The notes below the pieces were generated by a model. The model was not told where the DNA came from. It did not search any database and saw only the letters and a list, made by a program, of their open reading frames with translations. A program made the translations under genes and the position numbers. From assembly GCA_963765495.1 (NCBI GenBank), contig CAVXWP010000016.1:32001-96000 (forward strand): a stretch of 64,000 nucleotides of DNA. Direction: 5' to 3'. Below, one piece after another: positions 26,227 through 36,137 of the stretch (its first letter is position 1; each line of letters opens with the position of its first letter). This DNA comes from Blastocatellia bacterium. Its GTDB lineage: Bacteria > Acidobacteriota > Blastocatellia > UBA7656.

Positions 26227-27321
26227 ATGAGCACACGCATCTACACGCTACCCGTAGAACAGACGCAATGGAATGTGGAAAGCCCCGGAGCCGTGACCGT
26301 CTTCAACTGGGAGTATGACAGCGGGCGCGACCGTCTGCTGGCTCTTTACGAAAAGGGCAAAAACAATCAATGGAACGCAAGCGCGAGAATCGACTGGTCG
26401 CAGGATGTAAACCTGTCGAACCCGCTCGGGTTCCCTGATTACTACGTCACGATTTACGGCTCGGAGATGTGGAACAATCTGGATGAAGAGGGCCGTGGCC
26501 GCGTGCGTCTTCATCTGGACGCATGGCGATTTTCGCAATTCCTCCACGGCGAGCAGGGCGCGTTGATCTGCGCCTCAAAGATCGTACAGACCGTACCCGA
26601 CATCGACTCGAAATTTTATGCTGCCACTCAGGTTGTGGACGAAGCTCGCCACGTGGAGGTCTATTCACGATACCTGCGCGAAAAACTCGGCCTCGCTTAT
26701 CCGATAAATCAGTATCTGAAGATACTGCTCGACCAGGCAATCACAGACTCGCGCTGGGATTTCACCTATCTGGCGATGCAGGTGATAATCGAAGGGCTGG
26801 CGCTCGCGGCATTCGGCACGATACGCGATCTTGCCACCGAGCCGCTCGGGCAGGCCATAAACGCTTATGTCATGCAGGATGAGGCTCGCCACGTTGCGTT
26901 TGGTCGGCTCGCCCTGCGCGATTACTATCCGCAACTGAGCGAGGCTGAACGCGACGAGCGCGAGCAGTTCGCCGTCGAAGCCTGCTACCTGATGCGCGAT
27001 AGATTCATGGGCGAAGAGATATGGCAAAACCTCGACCTCGACGTAAAGGCATGCGTCGAATTCGTGAGCCACTCGTCCTTCATGGCGCAGTATCAGAAGC
27101 GGCTCTTCTCGCGTATAGTTCCCACGCTCAAGGACATCGGACTGTGGGGCACGCGCATTCAAAAAGCATTCTCTGATATGGGCGTTATCGAATTCGCCGA
27201 AGTAAACGTAGAGGAACTGAGCAAGGCGGATGAAGAGGTGGCCGCCGAATTTGACCGGCTGCGCGCCGCCCGCGATGCTCACGTGAATGAAGTCATAGCA
27301 AGCGCCGCAGGTGATGCTTGA
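26227..27321 (+). CDS. Ferritin-like diiron-carboxylate protein
   Basis: FLHGEQGAL...DEARH and IIEGLAL...QDEARH (two E...ExxH sets); AGGAG RBS. Confidence 0.85.
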   Translation: MSTRIYTLPVEQTQWNVESPGAVTVFNWEYDSGRDRLLALYEKGKNNQWNASARIDWSQDVNLSNPLGFPDYYVTIYGSEMWNNLDEEGRGRVRLHLDAWRFSQFLHGEQGALICASKIVQTVPDIDSKFYAATQVVDEARHVEVYSRYLREKLGLAYPINQYLKILLDQAITDSRWDFTYLAMQVIIEGLALAAFGTIRDLATEPLGQAINAYVMQDEARHVAFGRLALRDYYPQLSEAERDEREQFAVEACYLMRDRFMGEEIWQNLDLDVKACVEFVSHSSFMAQYQKRLFSRIVPTLKDIGLWGTRIQKAFSDMGVIEFAEVNVEELSKADEEVAAEFDRLRAARDAHVNEVIASAAGDA

Positions 27322-27355
27322 AGTGTAATTTGAGACCTGAGATTTGAAAGTTCGA

Positions 27356-28519
27356 ATGAAAAAAGTCCTCATCGTCCTCGCCGTCATACTCGTGCTCGGC
27401 CTCGGCATATTCTTTTTCGTAGTCCCTGCCCAGGTGGAAAAGAGCATGAACGCCACTCTCAACGCGCCGCCTTACGAGGCATCGGAGCGCGCAAAAGAGT
27501 TGCACAAACGATTGCTTATTGCAGACCTCCACGCCGACACCCTGCTCTGGAATCGAGACTTATTGGAACGCGGCACACGCGGGCACGTCGACATCCCGAG
27601 GCTCATCGAAGGAAATGTGGCGCTTCAGGCTTTCACCATCGTAACCAAGACCCCGCGAGGGATGAACATAGAAAACAATGACGACTCTACGGACAACGTA
27701 ACGCTTCTGGCCATTGCCGAGCGATGGCCCATTGCCGCCTGGAGCTCTCTGAAAGAGAGGGCGCTTTATCAGGCCCGTCGCCTGCGAGACGCCGCCAATC
27801 GTTCGGGTGGGAAATTTACTTTGATAGAATCGGCCGGTGATTTAACGGCTTACCTTGAACGGCGTAAACAGAACCCGGCAATCACGGCCGGTTTTTTAGG
27901 CGTCGAAGGCGCGCACGCGCTCGACGGCGATCTCGCCAATATAGATGTGCTCTACGACGCGGGCATAAGGATGATGGCTCCGACTCATTTCTTTGACAAC
28001 GACATAGGCGGGTCTGCGCACGGCGTAAATAAGGGCGGGCTGACCGATAAGGGCCGCGAAATGATAAAGAGGATGGAAGCCAAACACATGATCGTAGACG
28101 TAGCCCATGCCTCTCCCAGGACCATTGACGATGTTTTAGCCATAGCGACGCGACCGGTGCTTGTGTCACACACAGGCGTCAAAGGCACGTGCGACAACAC
28201 GCGCAATCTGAGCGATGCGCACATAAAAGCCATCGCCGCCACGGGCGGAGTGATCGGCATCGGATACTGGGACACCGCCGTATGCGGGCAGGATGCAAAA
28301 GCCATTGCTCGCGCAATCCGCTACGCCACAAACATCGCGGGCGTCGAGCACGTAGGTCTCGGCTCCGATTTCGATGGGGCCATCCCCGCGCCTTTTGACA
28401 CGACCGGGATTGTGCAGATCACCGATGCGTTGCTTGAAGAAGGATTTTCCGAAAGCGAGATCGAGATGATTATGGGCGGCAACGTCCTGCGCGTGTTAAA
28501 AGAGAACCTGCCTCAATGA
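27356..28519 (+). CDS. Membrane dipeptidase (M19, renal dipeptidase family), N-terminally anchored
   Basis: DLHAD, GVEGAH, DVAHAS, VSHTG, GLGSDFDG. Confidence 0.92.
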   Translation: MKKVLIVLAVILVLGLGIFFFVVPAQVEKSMNATLNAPPYEASERAKELHKRLLIADLHADTLLWNRDLLERGTRGHVDIPRLIEGNVALQAFTIVTKTPRGMNIENNDDSTDNVTLLAIAERWPIAAWSSLKERALYQARRLRDAANRSGGKFTLIESAGDLTAYLERRKQNPAITAGFLGVEGAHALDGDLANIDVLYDAGIRMMAPTHFFDNDIGGSAHGVNKGGLTDKGREMIKRMEAKHMIVDVAHASPRTIDDVLAIATRPVLVSHTGVKGTCDNTRNLSDAHIKAIAATGGVIGIGYWDTAVCGQDAKAIARAIRYATNIAGVEHVGLGSDFDGAIPAPFDTTGIVQITDALLEEGFSESEIEMIMGGNVLRVLKENLPQ

Positions 28520-28538
28520 TTCGATAGCACAAAGAAAA

Positions 28539-28588
28539 TTTAGACAGGATAAACAGGATTCTCTTTTATCCTGTTTATCCTGTCTAAA
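28539..28588. terminator. Perfect 21-bp stem hairpin between convergent genes (GACAGGATA-type repeat)
   Basis: tttagacaggataaacaggat-8 nt-atcctgtttatcctgtctaaa. Confidence 0.75.
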
Positions 28589-28603
28589 CAGTAATGCCGC
28601 TAC

Positions 28604-31342
28604 TCAGCGCGAGGCCGAAGGTTGTACCGGCCCGCCCTTGACCACGCGCAAGCCTATGTAGGCCGGAGCCGGTTCGCGTGTTCTGATCTTGGCATCGGCA
28701 GGCGCATCGGCACTTCCCCCCATCGCCTTGCCCCGCCCGTCTTTTGCCGTTACCCATTCGGCTACGTTGCCGCCGAGGTCAAAGGCCAGCTTATCTTCTC
28801 CCGCGCCTTTGAAGCTGCCGACTTCCTTAAGCAACGGGGCGCTGCCCGAAAGCGTAGAGACTTTCTTTTGCAATCGCTCCGCATCGTCGGGATTGATGGT
28901 GTAGCCCGCCCAGTAATCGAGCGTATTTTCAGGCCCGGCAGCCTTGCCGTATAGCATATCGCTCTCGGCTTCCGACGGGAGCCGGTACTCCTCACCCGTC
29001 ATCTTGCTGAGCCACGCCGCGTAGGCTTTGGCCTGCTCGAAAGTTATATTGTTGGCCGGGTAATTTTCCCGTCCCGGCTCGACCCTGTAATTCTTGTCGA
29101 ACTCGCCGTATTGCGCCTGCGTCACTTCGAATCGACTTATCTCGACCGCGCCGTGCTTTATCGTTTCGGGGATCAGGTGGCCTTTCTCCATCACGCCGTA
29201 ACGCCGCCCGTCCACCCGCGCGCTTCCGAGCAAGGCCGCAAGCGGCGAGTCTTCCTTCAACGCTTCGTCCTCTTCCTTGTAGGTCTTGAAAAGATACTTA
29301 TCAAACCACGCGAGTTCCTCTTCCATCTTGCGCCGCTGGTGCGCAAGCTTCTTTGGGCTGTGTTTTTCGCCGGGAAAGAGGATGAATCGCACATCGGTCT
29401 TGCCCAGTTGCTGGAGCGCGCGATAATGCAGCCACCCCTGTTGAGTCGGAACGTTTGTGTCTTCCGTTCCAAAGAATATGATCGTGGGCGTGGTCACACG
29501 GTCCAGCTTATAAAAGGGCGATTTCTTCATGTAAAGCTCAGGGTCTTCGAGAGGCGATTTGCCGAAATAGTAATTGTCAAACGACGCGCCGAAATGCGCG
29601 TTGCCCCAGTCGCTTGTCCACTCGACATCGCCCGCGCCCGCCGATGCTACCTTGTAACGGTTTGTAGAAACCGTAAGCGCGATTGTCAGGATCGAGCCGT
29701 TGGACCATCCCATAACGCCCAGTTTATCTGCGTCAACCTCTCCTCGCGCAATCAAATAGTCCACGCCCTTTTCGATGTCGGGGACTTCCAGATCGTAATA
29801 CTTGCCTCCGCTGATTGATTCGACAAACTTCAAGCCATAATTTGAACTGCCGTGATAATTTGGCCTGAGCACGAACGCGCCCCGCTCGGCCATCAGGTTT
29901 GGCTCATAGGCCCAGGACTCGTCCCACTCATCGAAGTCAGCGCCAGCAGGCCCGCCGTGAATCATCACTACGAGCGGGTATTTGCGGCCCGGCACATAGC
30001 CGTGCGGGTAATAGAGTATCCCCTCTACATCTTCATCAAGCGAGCCTTTCCACTTTATCACTTCCGAACGGGCTATCGTTTTCTGCTTGAAGCCCTCGTT
30101 CAAATTAGTCAATTGAGCAGGCGTATTGATCTGCTTGCCGTCGAGACGCGAGCGGTACCACTGACCCGGGGTGCTTGCGGTCGAATAAGAATAAAGAAGG
30201 GTCTTGTTGTCTTTGCCGAGTTCTACGCCAAAGAGGTTTTGACTGTGCGTGCCGGTGATCCAGTCGCGCTGCCACGAGTTGCCGTTTCGCGTATAGCGAG
30301 CCGCTCGATTTCGCGCGCCGTTTGCAACGAGCGCGATAAAGCCGTTCTCGGTTACGGCGTAATCGCCCGCAAGTCCGTTCTCCCAATCCAGGTCCACTTT
30401 CACCGGAGCGCCCGCCGCCAGATCAAAGTAGTACATCTGCGTGATGGTAGCGTTGACGTATTCGGGATGATTTGTGAACTCGCTTTCCGCGTAAAACCCT
30501 TTGCCGTCGCGTGTCCATTTGACATTGCTTATGTTGAATTTCGGATCGTCAAATATCTGCTTGCGACTGCCCGCCTTGAAATCATAGAGGAAGACCACGG
30601 GCTTGACCTTTTGATCGAAAATATATCGCAAGCTTCGGTCGTGAATCGTCACGGCGCGGCTGCCGTCGGGTGAAAGCTCGAATGCCTGTATGCGGTCTGA
30701 GTTGTCGGTGAGCCGCATTATCTTTTTCGACTTCAAAGCTATCTGAAACAACCGGACGGGCGGCGCGTGCTGCTCGTCTTCGACAAGCACGGAGGTGTCT
30801 TTCTTCTCTTTTATCTCTTTCTCGTAGAGTGATAAATCTTCCTGAGCCGCGAAGATGATCGTGTCCGTATCGGCCCAGTGAAAATTTGCAATCCCACGTG
30901 CAGATTCCGTGAGCGGCCACGGTTCGCCGCCAAACGGGTTGATCAGCCATATCTGCGGCTTTGGACCGTCTTCGTCATCGTCGGAGGGTTTATCCTTCGA
31001 TTTAGGGTTGGGTTTGGTCGAGATAAAAGCTATGGTCTGCCCGTCGGGCGACCACTGCGGATTGAAGCTGCTGTCGCCGCCGCGAGTGAGCTGCACCTCT
31101 TTCTGCTCGGTCAGGCTCGACAGCATTATGTTAGAGACGCGCTGGTTCTTATCCTTATCGCCTGCATTCTTGACCCAGACGGCCCATCTGCCGTCGGGCG
31201 AAATCTGAAATCCGCCCGCCTGCTCGCTCATTATCACATCGTCTACGGACCACTTTGGCGAAGCGGGCGCGGGGGGTTGCGAAAAGATCACCTGTGCGGA
31301 CAGGGCTAGAATGAAGAGAAATGCGACCAGAGCTTTTTTCAT
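28604..31342 (-). CDS. Secreted S9 prolyl oligopeptidase-family peptidase with C-terminal FGE-sulfatase (SUMF1-like) domain
   Basis: Signal peptide, PD40-type repeats, IHGGP, GWSNG, GTEDTNV, PGEKH; then FEVTQAQY, YRLPSEAE, DLGGNVAEW, IGLRVV. Confidence 0.88.
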   Translation of the reverse strand: MKKALVAFLFILALSAQVIFSQPPAPASPKWSVDDVIMSEQAGGFQISPDGRWAVWVKNAGDKDKNQRVSNIMLSSLTEQKEVQLTRGGDSSFNPQWSPDGQTIAFISTKPNPKSKDKPSDDDEDGPKPQIWLINPFGGEPWPLTESARGIANFHWADTDTIIFAAQEDLSLYEKEIKEKKDTSVLVEDEQHAPPVRLFQIALKSKKIMRLTDNSDRIQAFELSPDGSRAVTIHDRSLRYIFDQKVKPVVFLYDFKAGSRKQIFDDPKFNISNVKWTRDGKGFYAESEFTNHPEYVNATITQMYYFDLAAGAPVKVDLDWENGLAGDYAVTENGFIALVANGARNRAARYTRNGNSWQRDWITGTHSQNLFGVELGKDNKTLLYSYSTASTPGQWYRSRLDGKQINTPAQLTNLNEGFKQKTIARSEVIKWKGSLDEDVEGILYYPHGYVPGRKYPLVVMIHGGPAGADFDEWDESWAYEPNLMAERGAFVLRPNYHGSSNYGLKFVESISGGKYYDLEVPDIEKGVDYLIARGEVDADKLGVMGWSNGSILTIALTVSTNRYKVASAGAGDVEWTSDWGNAHFGASFDNYYFGKSPLEDPELYMKKSPFYKLDRVTTPTIIFFGTEDTNVPTQQGWLHYRALQQLGKTDVRFILFPGEKHSPKKLAHQRRKMEEELAWFDKYLFKTYKEEDEALKEDSPLAALLGSARVDGRRYGVMEKGHLIPETIKHGAVEISRFEVTQAQYGEFDKNYRVEPGRENYPANNITFEQAKAYAAWLSKMTGEEYRLPSEAESDMLYGKAAGPENTLDYWAGYTINPDDAERLQKKVSTLSGSAPLLKEVGSFKGAGEDKLAFDLGGNVAEWVTAKDGRGKAMGGSADAPADAKIRTREPAPAYIGLRVVKGGPVQPSASR

Positions 31343-31510
31343 TGAATGCTTCTCCTGGGATGAATTGATTGAGGATCAATTTTAGCGAGACGAGGCCATA
31401 TTTGAAAGCGGGATTCACAGGCTGAAGATAAAAAAACTTTCTGAAAGTATCTTTTCAAAATCGGAGAAGATTTGCCACAGAGGCACCGCAGACACAGAGA
31501 TTTGTAATAA

Positions 31511-31847
31511 CTGATGTTACGCAGTTCAAGATTAGGATTTGAGATTGACAAATCCTTAGCCGCCTTCAGGCGGCTTCCCCGAAGGGCAATTAGCCCAGTC
31601 GTTTTACGGCTGGTTTTGTGGGCTGCCGATTCTATTGAGCCCGTTTCAACGGGCTTATTTGTCAGGCTTTAGCCAAAAGGATGGCTAAAGCCTGAGAGAG
31701 AAGGACGCTAAAGCGCCCTTTAGATGAATCGCTAAAGGCACAACCGGCGCTAAAAGCGTCGGTCTAATTGCCCTTCGGGAAAGCCCGATAAATCGGGCTG
31801 AAACACTCGTCAAGTAAAAATCGAGGTTCTTCGTCGCGTAACATCAG
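31511..31847. mobile_element. Non-autonomous MITE-like element (337 bp) inserted in a REP-like palindrome
   Basis: 12-bp TIRs CTGATGTTACGC / GCGTAACATCAG flanked by TAATAA on both sides; nested internal hairpins; no ORF of 60 aa or more. Confidence 0.8.
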
Positions 31848-31914
31848 TAATAATCTTTTCTCTGTGTCTCTGTGGCTACTGAGGAATCACGAGCGAGACT
31901 AAAACGAGATCGGG

Positions 31915-32418
31915 CTACTGCGAGCGGTAATTCGTAAACTGCATATCTATGCCAAAATCTTTCTCTTTCAACGCGGTTATCACCTGCTGGAGCGTGTCGC
32001 GGTCTTTGCCGGATACGCGCACGAAATCCCCGTTTATCGCGGCCTGCACTTTCAATTTCTGGTCCTTGATGTACTTCACTATCTCTCGGGCCTTCTCGAT
32101 AGGAATCCCCTGCTGAAGAGTCACGGTCTGGCGCACCGAATCTTTCGCGGCGGGCTCGATCTTGCCGTAAGAGAGCGCCTTCAGGGAAACGTTCCTGCGA
32201 ATGAGTTTCTGTTGCAACACGTCGTTGAGCGATTTAAGGGTGAATTCGCTTGCGGTCGCGAGCACCATCTTATGTTCCTTCTCGTCGAGTTGAATGTCGG
32301 AGTTTGTGCCCTTGAAATCGAATCTTTGTTTAATCTCTTTGAGCGCCTGATTGACCGCGTTTTTCACCTCGGCCATGTCTACCTTGGAAACTATATCGAA
32401 TGTGTTTTGCTGTGCCAT
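31915..32418 (-). CDS. yajQ: YajQ family nucleotide/cyclic-di-GMP-binding protein
   Basis: FDIVSKVD..EVKNAV, RFDFKG, KVQAAI, RVSGKDRDTLQ, QFTNYR. Confidence 0.95.
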   Translation of the reverse strand: MAQQNTFDIVSKVDMAEVKNAVNQALKEIKQRFDFKGTNSDIQLDEKEHKMVLATASEFTLKSLNDVLQQKLIRRNVSLKALSYGKIEPAAKDSVRQTVTLQQGIPIEKAREIVKYIKDQKLKVQAAINGDFVRVSGKDRDTLQQVITALKEKDFGIDMQFTNYRSQ

Positions 32419-32498
32419 GATCTGGCCTCCCCCTCGAACTTTAAAGAACTGGTATAACGAAAGCCCGCCGAGATAGCAAGTGCATCGGATGCGGTCTC

Positions 32499-32585
32499 TG
32501 ATCCGTGATCCGTGATTTATGAGGTAAGCACTTTCCTGTTAACAGCCATCTACCCGACAGTCACGCATCACGCATCACGCATCAG
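32499..32585. repeat. Inverted TGCGTGA/TCACGCA heptamer arrays
   Basis: tgatccgtgatccgtga ... tcacgcatcacgcatcacgcatca. Confidence 0.7.
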
Positions 32586-32600
32586 AGACCGTATCGCTTA

Positions 32601-35600
32601 TCACTTATCGCCTTCGGCCTTTTCCTTCACGATGACGGCCGGGATGTTGTGATCCTCTACCAGTTTGTTGAATGCCGGAAGATCGGTGCGCTTGATCTGA
32701 TCCAGCTTTTGCAGTTGAACATTGATCTGGCCTACCAGATCTTCATATACCGCAAAGGATTGATCCGTAGGTGCCGCGTCGGCGCTCGCAACGACTGACG
32801 CGAGCGCGGCCAGTTTGTTGTTGAGCTTTATAGGATAATTCAACGGGTCCTGACTGCTGCGGTTCTTTGTCTGGTAAAGTTCTTCTTCGATGGCTTTCAT
32901 CTTTTCATTTAGAGCTTTCCCCGCCTCGACAACCGGCTTTTTATCGGGCTCATCTTTGATCCGTTTGGTGATGTCGTCAATCTGGCTGCGCGTGTCGCGT
33001 ATCTGAAGTATCGCGTTGTGCGCCTCGGTCAGCTTGTCGCGTATCTTGATCAACAGATCGAACTGTTTAGCAAAATCTGCCGGAGTCGTCTCGATGCGCG
33101 GGTCTTTCTTTATCTCGAATCCTTGCGTAAGCGTCTTCCCGTCAGCCGTGAGCCGGACCTGATAACTGCCGGGCACGGCTACGGGGCCTCTGGTCTGCCC
33201 TCCCCATAAAATCATCCCCGGAAATCGTGTGGCATCCGCGTATCGCATGTCCCACACAAAGCGATTCAATCCCGCTTCCGCCGGAGCCGATTGTCTGCGA
33301 CCGCCGCGCGGGCCTTCGTCACCTGATGAAGCGCTTGATTCCGCTTCTTCGGGTTTGCCCGTAAACTTCTTGATCGATTTGCCCGCAGAATCAAGCACCT
33401 CAAGCGTTATCTCGCCTGCCGGTTTGTTTTTCAAATAATAGTAGATCACAGCGCCCGACGGCGGATTTTGACCCAGAGCCGCATCGGGCGGAAGGTTTCC
33501 GCCAAACCCCGGCGTGCGATAAGCATCTTCGGGTTTGAACAGATACACGTCTGCGCGGGCCGCGTCTGCCATCTGGTGCAGCACGGTCAAATCGTCCAGC
33601 ACCCAGAAACTGCGGCCCTGAGTCGCGGCCACCAGATCACGCTCGCGCTTGTGAACGGCAAGGTCTGTTATAGGCACTATCGGCAGGTTGAGCTGAAGCG
33701 ATTGCCAGTCTTCTCCATCATCAAAGGAAACATATAAACCGGTCTCCGTGCCCGCGTAAAGCAAGCCCTTGCGGTTCGGGTCTTCGCGTATCACGCGGGT
33801 GAATGCGTTGTCGGGAATGCCTTTGACGATCTTTTTCCACGTCTTCCCGTAGTCGCTCGTCTTGTAAAGGTAGGGCCGGAGGTCATCGGATTTATACATC
33901 GTCGCCGCGACATAGGCAGTTCCGGCCTCAAACGGGGACGCCTCAATCGAGTTGATCTGTATCCACTCAGGCAGGTTTTTCGGAGTGACATTATCCCATT
34001 TCTTACCGCCGTCTCGTGTGACATAGACAAGCCCGTCATCAGACCCCGTCCAGATGAGCCCCTGCTCGACGGGAGACTCGATCACGGTGAAGATCGTGCC
34101 GTAATACTCGATGCTCGTGTTGTCTTTTGTGATCGGCCCGCCCGATGACCCCAGCCTTGACTTATCATTGCGCGTAAGGTCGGGGCTGATCGCTTCCCAG
34201 CTTTGCCCTTCGTTTGTGGTCTTGAACAGGATGTTGCCGCCCGTGTAAAGCGTGTTTGGGTCGTGCGGCGAAAAGACTATGGGGAAGTTCCATTGAAAAC
34301 GGTATTTCAAGTCGGCTGCGGCCTCGCCCATAGGGTTGTCCGGCCAGACAGAGACCGTACGCTGCTGGCCCGTTCGATGATCGTAGCGGGAAATGTACCC
34401 GCCGTAACAACCCGCATAGACTATCTGAGAATCTTTCGGGTTCGGCGCGATCCAGCCCGATTCGCACCCGCCTACGTCGTACCAGTGCGTACGGTCTATG
34501 CCGAAATCACCTGTCCGGCTCGGAATCCGCACGGTCGAATTATCCTGTTGCGCGCCATAGATGTTGTACGGGAAATCATTGTCGAGCGCGACGCGATAAA
34601 ACTGAGCCGTAGGCTGATCCTGCTCGGTCCACGACTTGCCGCCGTTTACCGACACAGCCGCGCCTCCATCATCGCTCATAATCATGCGCTGGGGGTCGGC
34701 GGGCGAAATCCACAAATCGTGGCAGTCGCCGTGCTGTACGTCTATCGAAGTGTATGTGTGGCCCCCGTCGTTTGACCTGTACATCCCTGTGTTCAGAACA
34801 TAGACGCTGTCAGCGTTTTGCGGATCGGCATAGATGCGCGTGTAATACCACGCGCGCTGTCTGAGGTTTCGATCTTCGTTTACCTTCTCCCATTCTTTCC
34901 CGCCGTTGTCGGAGCGGAAAACGCCTCCATCCTCGGCTTCGATGATCGCCCAGACGCGCTCGGGTTTTACGGGCGAAACCGTGATGCCGCTGATGCCTGT
35001 GATCCCCTTTGGCAATCCCTTGTTGTGAGTGAACTCGTTCCAGGTATCGCCCCCGTCCGTCGATTTGTAGAGGCTGCTGTCGGGGCCGCCGCTCTCTAAA
35101 CTGTAGGGCGTGCGGAAGACCTGCCAGATGCCCGCGTAGATAATATTTGGATTCGTCGGGTCGAGTATCAGGTCGCAGGCTCCTGCCTTCGGGCTCTTAT
35201 AAAGAACCTTCTTCCACGTCTTGCCGCCGTCGGTGGAGCGAAAAACGCCCCGCTCTTCATTGGGGCCGAACACGTGTCCCTGCGCCGCGACATAGACTAT
35301 ATCGGGATTGCGCGGATTGACGCGCACGCGGCTGATCTGGCGCGTCTCCTCAAGCCCCATGTGCTTCCAGGACTTGCCCGCGTCGGTTGATTTGTATACG
35401 CCGTCGCCGTGCGACACATTGCCGCGTATGGGCGATTCGCCCATGCCGACGTAGACGACATTCGGGTCGGATTCACAAATGCCTATCGCGCCGACCGATC
35501 CCGTTTTGAAATATTCATCCGATATTGGAAGCCAGTTCGTGCCGCCGTCCGTAGTCTTCCACACACTGCCGCCTGTCGCGCCAAAGTAATAGACAAACGG

Positions 35601-35798
35601 CTGGCTGGTGACGCCTGCGACCGCCGTCGAACGACCGCCCCGAAAGGGGCCTATCTGACGCCACTTCAGGTTCTTCATTACGGTTGAATAATCGCTGCTC
35701 TGCTGCGCGTGAGTCGCCGTTTGCAGAAGACAGACAAGCAAACCAATCACTATAAGCCACGTGAGGCTGTGGCAACGCCAAAGTCTGTTTGATTTCAT
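32601..35798 (-). CDS. Secreted VPS10/BNR (Asp-box) repeat beta-propeller protein, glycosyl hydrolase-like
   Basis: Signal peptide, [11 protein letters not shown], many S.DGGKTW Asp-boxes, helical C-terminus. Confidence 0.88.
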   Translation of the reverse strand: MKSNRLWRCHSLTWLIVIGLLVCLLQTATHAQQSSDYSTVMKNLKWRQIGPFRGGRSTAVAGVTSQPFVYYFGATGGSVWKTTDGGTNWLPISDEYFKTGSVGAIGICESDPNVVYVGMGESPIRGNVSHGDGVYKSTDAGKSWKHMGLEETRQISRVRVNPRNPDIVYVAAQGHVFGPNEERGVFRSTDGGKTWKKVLYKSPKAGACDLILDPTNPNIIYAGIWQVFRTPYSLESGGPDSSLYKSTDGGDTWNEFTHNKGLPKGITGISGITVSPVKPERVWAIIEAEDGGVFRSDNGGKEWEKVNEDRNLRQRAWYYTRIYADPQNADSVYVLNTGMYRSNDGGHTYTSIDVQHGDCHDLWISPADPQRMIMSDDGGAAVSVNGGKSWTEQDQPTAQFYRVALDNDFPYNIYGAQQDNSTVRIPSRTGDFGIDRTHWYDVGGCESGWIAPNPKDSQIVYAGCYGGYISRYDHRTGQQRTVSVWPDNPMGEAAADLKYRFQWNFPIVFSPHDPNTLYTGGNILFKTTNEGQSWEAISPDLTRNDKSRLGSSGGPITKDNTSIEYYGTIFTVIESPVEQGLIWTGSDDGLVYVTRDGGKKWDNVTPKNLPEWIQINSIEASPFEAGTAYVAATMYKSDDLRPYLYKTSDYGKTWKKIVKGIPDNAFTRVIREDPNRKGLLYAGTETGLYVSFDDGEDWQSLQLNLPIVPITDLAVHKRERDLVAATQGRSFWVLDDLTVLHQMADAARADVYLFKPEDAYRTPGFGGNLPPDAALGQNPPSGAVIYYYLKNKPAGEITLEVLDSAGKSIKKFTGKPEEAESSASSGDEGPRGGRRQSAPAEAGLNRFVWDMRYADATRFPGMILWGGQTRGPVAVPGSYQVRLTADGKTLTQGFEIKKDPRIETTPADFAKQFDLLIKIRDKLTEAHNAILQIRDTRSQIDDITKRIKDEPDKKPVVEAGKALNEKMKAIEEELYQTKNRSSQDPLNYPIKLNNKLAALASVVASADAAPTDQSFAVYEDLVGQINVQLQKLDQIKRTDLPAFNKLVEDHNIPAVIVKEKAEGDK

Positions 35799-36137
35799 GA
35801 GTGCTCCTTAGCGATTGCGCCCCGGCAGAGTCCGGCGCGCTTCATAACAGGAATAATTTCATTGAATCCGACTTGTGCCGAAGGGGTATATTACACGCAG
35901 GAAGGCTTGCTGTCGAAGAGACGAGACTCGTCGCCGGGTAAATCCGAGATGAGAAAAAGGGGCTGCGGCTATAGCCGCAACCCCCGTTAATCGCTGTCGA
36001 ACGGTGATCAATTTCGGCAAGGCCGAAACCCCTGATTCACACAGGGTCAATTGATTTTCGGGAAACTCTCTGCGTACTTCGCGGCTTTGCGAAAACGCGG
36101 TTCTTACCACCGGCAAAAACATTTAGCCTTTCGCCTG

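Noticed and set aside
28604-28800. Diversity-generating retroelement target (FGE-fold C-terminus)
   Set aside because: No reverse transcriptase or template repeat seen in this window; a remote one cannot be excluded.
31474-31876. Possible CRISPR array or tRNA among the repeats
   Set aside because: No regularly spaced direct repeats with unique spacers, no cas genes, and no cloverleaf recognised here or elsewhere in the window.
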